From: a bacterium
GTDB lineage: Bacteria > Acidobacteriota > Blastocatellia > HR10
Assembly (NCBI GenBank): GCA_041640655.1
Contig: JBEPZV010000055.1
Location: 1-15,350, forward strand
Reading direction: 5' to 3'
DNA length: 15,350 nt
Positions within the stretch are counted from its first letter, which is position 1; each line of letters opens with the position of its first letter. Made by a program: the position numbers and the translations under genes. Below, piece after piece: positions 8,925 to 15,350 of this stretch. The notes beneath the pieces were generated by a model. That model searched no databases, was not told the DNA's origin, and saw only the letters and a list, made by a program, of their open reading frames with translations.

Positions 8925-10104
8925 CGGCCCCGCGCCGGGGGGATGCGGCGCGGGGATTCGCGTCGTCCATGTCTCGCCCGCGTATTTCGGCGAGGATGCG
9001 GTCATCGGCGGAGGAGAGCGCTATGCGACCGAGTTGGCGCGGGCGATGGCTCGGTTGACCCCCACGCGCCTGGTGAGCTTCGCGCGCGGCGGCGATACGA
9101 CCTCGCTCGCGGATGCGGCGACGCCTCTTGAGGTGCGCGTCTTTCGCCCGCTCTGGTATCCGCGCGGTCAGCGGACGAATCCCGTCAGCTTTCGCTTTCT
9201 CACCGCGCTGGCCGACGCCGATGTGATTCACTGCCATCAGTTCCATGTCGTCGCGACGACGCTCTCGATCGCGTACGCGAGAGCAACAGGCAAGTGCGTT
9301 TTCGTCACGGATCTGGGTGGAGGCGGATGGGACCTCTCGTATCGCTTCGATACGGGGCGATGGGTGGATGGGTTCTTGCACCTCTCGCGCTTCTCCGCGC
9401 AGCGATTCGCGAGATACGAGGGGAAGAATCATGTGGTCTTCGCCGGCGTGGATGTGGAGCGCTTTCGCCCCTTGCCCGATCGCGCGTATGAGACGGTGCT
9501 CTACGTCGGGCGGTTGCTCCCGCACAAGGGGATCAACTATCTCATCGAGGCGGTGGACGGGACGATCGAGCTGCGCATCATCGGCCGATTGTGGGAACCG
9601 CACCTGGAGATGGCGCGCAGCCGGGACTTCTTGGACCGTTTGCACGAGCTGGCGCGCAGCAAGTGCGTGCGCTTCATCCTCGACGCCGATGATCAGCGGC
9701 TCGTGCACGAATACAATCGAGCGCTCGTGCTGGTCCTCCCCTCCGTCTCCACGGATCTGTTCGGCGCATATCATCCGGCTCCCGAGCTCTTCGGCTTGAC
9801 GCTCTTGGAAGCGATGGCGTGCGCGACGCCGGTGATCGCGACCACGGTGGGCGCGCTGCCGGAGGTCGTCGAGGATGGCGTGACGGGATTCCTCGTCCCG
9901 CCCAATGACGCGCGCGCGCTGGCGGATCGCCTCCGCTGGTTGCGCGCGCATCCAGAAGAGGCGCGGCGCATGGGTGAACGGGGACGCGCGTGCGTCCTGG
10001 AACGATTCACGTGGGAGGCCGTCGCCCGCCGCTGCCTGCGGGTGTATCGAGAAGTCCTCGGATCGGACAGGATGCGGCGTGAAGAGAAGCGCCATCGTTC
10101 CTGA
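8890..10104 (+). CDS. Glycosyltransferase family 4 (GT-B fold)
   Basis: IGGGERYATELARAM, GVDVERFRP, VLYVGRLLPHKGINYLIEA and ELFGLTLLEAMACATPVIATTVGALPEVVEDGVTGFLVPP (E-x7-E). It overlaps the upstream gene by about 30 nt; GGAGG at 8885-8889 is better spaced for TTG 8896 than for ATG 8890. Confidence 0.9.
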   Translation: MSLNAIARGHADGPAPGGCGAGIRVVHVSPAYFGEDAVIGGGERYATELARAMARLTPTRLVSFARGGDTTSLADAATPLEVRVFRPLWYPRGQRTNPVSFRFLTALADADVIHCHQFHVVATTLSIAYARATGKCVFVTDLGGGGWDLSYRFDTGRWVDGFLHLSRFSAQRFARYEGKNHVVFAGVDVERFRPLPDRAYETVLYVGRLLPHKGINYLIEAVDGTIELRIIGRLWEPHLEMARSRDFLDRLHELARSKCVRFILDADDQRLVHEYNRALVLVLPSVSTDLFGAYHPAPELFGLTLLEAMACATPVIATTVGALPEVVEDGVTGFLVPPNDARALADRLRWLRAHPEEARRMGERGRACVLERFTWEAVARRCLRVYREVLGSDRMRREEKRHRS

Positions 10105-10125
10105 AGACCGGGCGCGCGAGACAGG

Positions 10126-11343
10126 ATGAGAATCGTGCACGTCACTCAGCACGGCTCGATCATCGGTGGCGTGGAGACCTACGCCGCCGATCTCCACCGT
10201 CTCTTGCAGCGAGATGGGCACACCGTCATCCTCCTGCATGGGATCGCCGTCGGAGAGCCGCGCCGAGCGATCGCGTCCGAGAGGCTTCAGGTCCCCGCCT
10301 TGCGACCGGGAGTCGGGAATTGGGCCGAACGGGAGAGCGCGCTGCGCCAGGTGGTGGAGCAGGTCGCGCCCGACGTCATCCTCACGCATGATGTGGAGGA
10401 GGCCGATGTGCTTCGCCTCTTCTCTCGCCTCCGCCCCACCATTCCGTTCGTTCACGTGCACAGTCGCTATGTCTGTCCGGGGCGCGGGAAGTTCTACGCG
10501 CGTGAGCAGCAGACGTGCACCCGACCGTTCGGCGCGTATTGCGCCATCGCGCCTTATCTGCATGCCTGCGGAACGCGGCGACCGTGGCGCCTCCTCGCCA
10601 ACATGCGCGTGACGAAACGATGGATCGAAGTGGCGCGGGAGATGCCGCGCCTCTTGGTGGCGAGCGAATACATGAAGCATGAGCTGATGGCCGTCGGCCT
10701 CTCCGAAGAGCGGATCGTCGTGAATCCTCCTTTTGTGGAGGCTCCGCGCGATGAAGAGGCCTCCCCGAGGGAATCCCGATGGACGACTTCGGAGGCGCTG
10801 CCTCTTGTCCTCTTCTGCGGGCGCTTCTATGACTACAAAGGTGCAGACCTGTTGCTTCGCGCGCTCGAATTCGTCACGCCGCCGGTTCGCGCCGTCCTCA
10901 TCGGAGAAGGGCCTGAACAACCGAAGTTGAAGCGCTTGGCCGCGCGCGTTCCCTCGCGGCACCTCGTCTCCTTCCCCGGATGGCTCAGCCGCACCGCCGT
11001 CTTCGGCTTCTATCGTCGAGCGCGCGTCGTCGTCATCCCCTCGGTATGGCCGGAGCCATTCTGTCGCGTGGGGCCGGAAGCGATGCGGCAAGGCGCGCCC
11101 ATTGTCGCCTTTCGCGTGGGCGCGATCCTGGAATGGGTGCGCGAGGGGGAGACAGGATTGCTGGTCGAACCCGCGAACATACACGCGCTCGCCGCAGCCA
11201 TCGAGCGCGTGGTGACCGATGAAGCGCTGGCGGCGGCGCTCTCCGCTCGCGCGGCGCAGGTCGCTGCCGAACAGTTCGACGCGCAACGCCATTTGGAGCG
11301 CCTGATGCGCACATTCGCGGCGGTCAGATGCGCCGTCGGATGA
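10126..11343 (+). CDS. Glycosyltransferase family 4 with a Cys-rich insertion
   Basis: MRIVHV...IGGVETY, VLFCGRFYDYKG, PSVWPEPFCRVGPEAM (E-x7-E) and GETGLLVEP. A four-Cys segment lies at 10474-10569. Confidence 0.88.
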   Translation: MRIVHVTQHGSIIGGVETYAADLHRLLQRDGHTVILLHGIAVGEPRRAIASERLQVPALRPGVGNWAERESALRQVVEQVAPDVILTHDVEEADVLRLFSRLRPTIPFVHVHSRYVCPGRGKFYAREQQTCTRPFGAYCAIAPYLHACGTRRPWRLLANMRVTKRWIEVAREMPRLLVASEYMKHELMAVGLSEERIVVNPPFVEAPRDEEASPRESRWTTSEALPLVLFCGRFYDYKGADLLLRALEFVTPPVRAVLIGEGPEQPKLKRLAARVPSRHLVSFPGWLSRTAVFGFYRRARVVVIPSVWPEPFCRVGPEAMRQGAPIVAFRVGAILEWVREGETGLLVEPANIHALAAAIERVVTDEALAAALSARAAQVAAEQFDAQRHLERLMRTFAAVRCAVG

Positions 11344-11397
11344 TCCTCATCGCGCGACCATGAGCGCCGTCCGTCTCATGTCGGCCTGAGGGGAGTG

Positions 11398-12612
11398 ATG
11401 CGGCTCGTTCTGCTCTCCCCGGACTATCCGCCGCGACGAAGCGGCCTGGCGGATCACACGCAGCGTTTGGCCGAATCGCTCCATCGGCTCGGCCACTGCG
11501 AGGTCCTCGTGCTCACGACGCGCCATCCGACCCCCGGCGCGGGAGAGCTTGAGGCGAGCGCCCGGACGTCCGCGACGACCGAAGGCGTCCGCGTACATCG
11601 GGTCATCGAGCACTGGGGATGGCGCGGCATCGCCACCCTCGCGCGAGAGATCGCGCGCGCTGCCCCCGATTGGGTGCTCGTGCAATATGTGCCCCACGCC
11701 TATGGTCGAGGGGGGGTGAATGTGGCCTTCCCGCTCGCGCTCATTCGAGAACGGCTCGCGGGCCGACGCCTCTTGCTCTTGGTTCACGAACTGTACGTGG
11801 ATTTTCCCCGTTCGCTCGACCCCATCAGATCCCTCACGCCCGCGACCCTGGCCCTGATCCAGCGCGCGATGTTCGGACTCGCCGCCAGCGCCGCGCGCGG
11901 CATCGCCGTCTCCATCGAACCCTGGATGCAGCGACTTCACCGGACCCGGCTCTTGAGGCGATCGCACGCGCGCGTGTTTCACCTGCCCAGCCCCTCCAAC
12001 ATCGAGCCGGTGCCGACCGATCGCGAGCGCGTGCGGCGACAGCTCGGGATTCGAGAAGGGGAGATCGTCCTCGCCTTCTTCGGCACGTTCCACGTCTCGA
12101 AGAAGCGCGCCTGGCTCCTGCAGAGCCTCCGTGCGCTTCTGGAGCGTGGACTGCCGGCGCGACTGCTTCTGATCGGCGCGGAGTCGGAGCACCTCTTGGC
12201 GCTCGCCGAGGAGCCGGTGCGGGAGCGGATCCTCGCCGTCGGATATGTGGATGCGGTGACGGTCTCACACTATTTGCAGGCGAGCGACCTCTTCCTCCTC
12301 CCCACGAGCGACGGCGTCTCGACGCGCCGGTCTTCGCTCATGGCGGCACTCAGTCACGGCCTTCCGGTCGTCGGGACCTGCGGGCATCTGACCGATGAGC
12401 TGTTGCGCCGCGCGGATGCACTCCGGCTCTCACCTGCGGATGACCCGGAGGCCTTCCTCACGCACGTCCTCACCCTGGCCGAAGATGCCGAGCAGCGTCG
12501 TCACCTCGCCGAACGCGCACGCGCCTTGTACGAGAAACACTTCTGCTGGTCCGTCACCGTCAGGCGCCTACTCGCCGTCCTGCGGGAGATACAGGAAGGC
12601 GATGCTGCTTGA
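11398..12612 (+). CDS. Glycosyltransferase family 4 (GT-B fold), non-canonical donor-binding motif
   Basis: [47 protein letters not shown] and [30 protein letters not shown] purine-rich SD (GAGGGGAG) lies just upstream; GTG 11395 is an alternative start. Confidence 0.85.
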   Translation: MRLVLLSPDYPPRRSGLADHTQRLAESLHRLGHCEVLVLTTRHPTPGAGELEASARTSATTEGVRVHRVIEHWGWRGIATLAREIARAAPDWVLVQYVPHAYGRGGVNVAFPLALIRERLAGRRLLLLVHELYVDFPRSLDPIRSLTPATLALIQRAMFGLAASAARGIAVSIEPWMQRLHRTRLLRRSHARVFHLPSPSNIEPVPTDRERVRRQLGIREGEIVLAFFGTFHVSKKRAWLLQSLRALLERGLPARLLLIGAESEHLLALAEEPVRERILAVGYVDAVTVSHYLQASDLFLLPTSDGVSTRRSSLMAALSHGLPVVGTCGHLTDELLRRADALRLSPADDPEAFLTHVLTLAEDAEQRRHLAERARALYEKHFCWSVTVRRLLAVLREIQEGDAA

Positions 12613-12637
12613 CGCTCGCGGTCACGGGGCTTACAAT
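12609..12637 (+). promoter_or_regulatory. Near-consensus sigma70 promoter for leuCD
   Basis: TTGACG (12609-12614), 17-nt spacer, TACAAT (12632-12637): 5/6 matches at both boxes with ideal spacing. The -35 box overlaps the TGA stop of the last GT gene. Confidence 0.8.
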
Positions 12638-12668
12638 CTCCCCTTCGCGCGGCGAGGAGAAGACGCGT

Positions 12669-14068
<1,400 letters not shown>

Positions 14069-14072
<4 letters not shown>

Positions 14073-14662
14073 CGTCGGCGATCATTCGCGAGATCACCGG
14101 ACGCGGGATTCCGCTGCCCGGCGATGACATGGATACGGATCGGATCATCCCGGGACGATTCTTGCGATGTGTGACCTTCGAGGGACTGGAGGCGCACGTC
14201 TTCGCGGACGATCGGCAGCAGAACCCGGACCATCCGTTCAATCAGGAGAGCTATCGGGGCGCGTCCCTGCTCATTGTGGGGCGCAATTTCGGCTGTGGCT
14301 CCTCGCGCGAGCATGCGCCACAGGCCCTCATGCGGTGGGGCATTCGCGGCATCATCGGCGAATCGTTCGCCGAGATCTTCTTCGCCAACTGCACGGCCAT
14401 CGGCGTCCCCTGCGTGACCGTCTCCGCCGAGGATGCGCGCTGGCTGCGCGAGGTCATCGCCGCGCATCCTGAGATGGAACTTCGGTTGAACTTGGAGACC
14501 ATGACCGTAGACGCCGGCGATCGTCGGCTCGTGGCGCACATGCCCGAAGGCGCGCGGCGACAGTTCCTGGAAGGAACCTGGAACTCGACCTTCGTCCTCC
14601 TGGAAGCCGGAGCGGCGATCGAGCGCACAGCCGCACAGCTCCCTTATGTGACCGGATTCTGA
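14069..14662 (+). CDS. leuD: 3-isopropylmalate dehydratase small subunit
   Basis: ATGA overlap with leuC and SD GGGAGG upstream. Motifs [27 protein letters not shown] and [10 protein letters not shown]. Confidence 0.96.
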
Positions 14663-14673
14663 TGACATCTTCT

Positions 14674-14706
14674 CTCGCCCGTGCAGCGTGAAACGCACGG
14701 GGCGAG
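14674..14706 (+). terminator. GC-rich stem-loop just downstream of leuD (possible terminator or 3' stabiliser; no U-tract)
   Basis: CTCGCCCGTGC (14674-14684) pairs with GCACGGGGCGAG (14695-14706) with one bulged G, starting 11 nt after the leuD stop. Neither strand has a T-run after it. Confidence 0.45.
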
Positions 14707-14751
14707 CAGGGCAGCCTGGATGCTGTGAGCTCCACCAGCGATTCGATGTCC

Positions 14752-14781
14752 TGGACAAATCAGAAACCACCGGGTTATCAT
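14752..14781 (+). promoter_or_regulatory. Candidate sigma70 promoter for the atp F0 operon
   Basis: TGGACA (14752-14757), 18-nt spacer, TATCAT (14776-14781), in a locally AT-richer patch just upstream of atpI. Confidence 0.5.
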
Positions 14782-14795
14782 TTCGCCCTTTGGCG

Positions 14796-15221
14796 ATGGG
14801 CGTGAGCGGCACGGTTCTATCCGGCGAGGAGCGCGAGCTTCGGCAGATGTGGCACCGGCTGGAGCGCATGACGGGGCTCGTGCTCGCGATGATGCTGCTG
14901 GCGGCCGCTTGGACGGGAGAGCCGAAGATCATCGCCGGCGTCGCTCTGGGGGGGATCCTGGGATGGGCGAACTACCGGTGGCTCTCCACAAGCACGCGAG
15001 CGCTCCTGACTTCGGTCGGCGCATCTGGGCAGGCCTCACGACGGGCCATCCTGCTCTTCAGTGGTCGGGCGCTCGTCATCTGGGGGGCGATCGGACTCGC
15101 CTTCTGGAGCCGAGCGGTGGATGTCCTCGCTCTTGTTGCCGGATTCTGCGCTTTCGTCGTCGCCGTCATGGTGGAGGTCGGACGCCGCATCGGTCTCATC
15201 ATCCTGGGGAGAGAGGACTAA
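14796..15221 (+). CDS. atpI: ATP synthase protein I (AtpI-like small membrane protein)
   Basis: About 140 aa with four hydrophobic segments, a GVALGGILGWANYRWL motif and a basic loop. It sits 1 nt before an AtpB-like N-terminus. Start is uncertain (ATG 14796, GTG 14802 or ATG 14847); the ORF-track start at 14688 lies within the hairpin. Confidence 0.72.
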   Translation: MGVSGTVLSGEERELRQMWHRLERMTGLVLAMMLLAAAWTGEPKIIAGVALGGILGWANYRWLSTSTRALLTSVGASGQASRRAILLFSGRALVIWGAIGLAFWSRAVDVLALVAGFCAFVVAVMVEVGRRIGLIILGRED

Positions 15222-15222
15222 G

Positions 15223-15350
15223 ATGTCGGTCACCGAACCCGTGCTCTTAGCCGCGGGAGCAGAGGCGGCGCATCATGTCCCGGCCATCGTCGAATGGGTG
15301 AATCACGTCTTCGGCCCCACCGTCTATCGGTGGCAGCAAGCGCTCATGCC
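15223..15350 (+). CDS. atpB: Probable F0F1 ATP synthase subunit a, N-terminal fragment (runs off the window)
   Basis: SD GAGAGGA precedes ATG 15223 and the frame is open to the window end (MSVTEPVLLAAGAEAAHHVPAIVEWVNHVFGPTVYRWQQALM). The call rests on position after atpI and the 'LLAA..E..HH' leader style; no conserved AtpB core is visible. Confidence 0.55.
   Translation, partial: MSVTEPVLLAAGAEAAHHVPAIVEWVNHVFGPTVYRWQQALM

Noticed and set aside
6747..11292. Very long antisense ORFs (6747-8906, 719 aa; 8833-11292, 819 aa)
   Set aside because: They lie wholly opposite well-supported GT4 genes, have Arg/His/Ala-rich translations with no recognisable motifs, and are expected shadow ORFs in high-GC DNA.
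11344..11397. Nine-codon mini-ORF MSAVRLMSA (11360-11389) with short CATGAG/CTCATG inverted repeats between two GT genes
   Set aside because: It has no SD, stems of only 5-6 bp and no regulatory codon pattern; indistinguishable from chance.
12613..12668. Leucine leader-peptide attenuator or T-box before leuC
   Set aside because: The gap is only 56 nt, mostly promoter and RBS, with no Leu-rich mini-ORF or terminator.

Overview
High-GC bacterial chromosomal window with every credible gene on the + strand. Bases 1-12612 are the distal part of a surface-polysaccharide (EPS/O-antigen/glycan) cluster: gmd (5'-truncated), an Rmd-like NDP-sugar reductase, a FemAB/GNAT-fold protein, a hexapeptide-repeat acyltransferase, a Wzx-type flippase, an embedded MOT1-family molybdate/sulfate transporter and five tandem GT4 glycosyltransferases. 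Housekeeping genes follow: leuC-leuD behind a near-consensus sigma70 promoter, a structured intergenic region, and the start of an ATP synthase F0 operon (atpI and a probable 3'-truncated atpB). I saw no mobile element, CRISPR array, tRNA or rRNA. The most unusual points are the oxyanion transporter with its own candidate promoter inside the glycan cluster, the FemAB-like plus acyltransferase pair next to the flippase, a four-Cys insertion in one GT4, and an SD-occluding hairpin at the leuC promoter. All family assignments come from motif recognition by eye; no database search was run.
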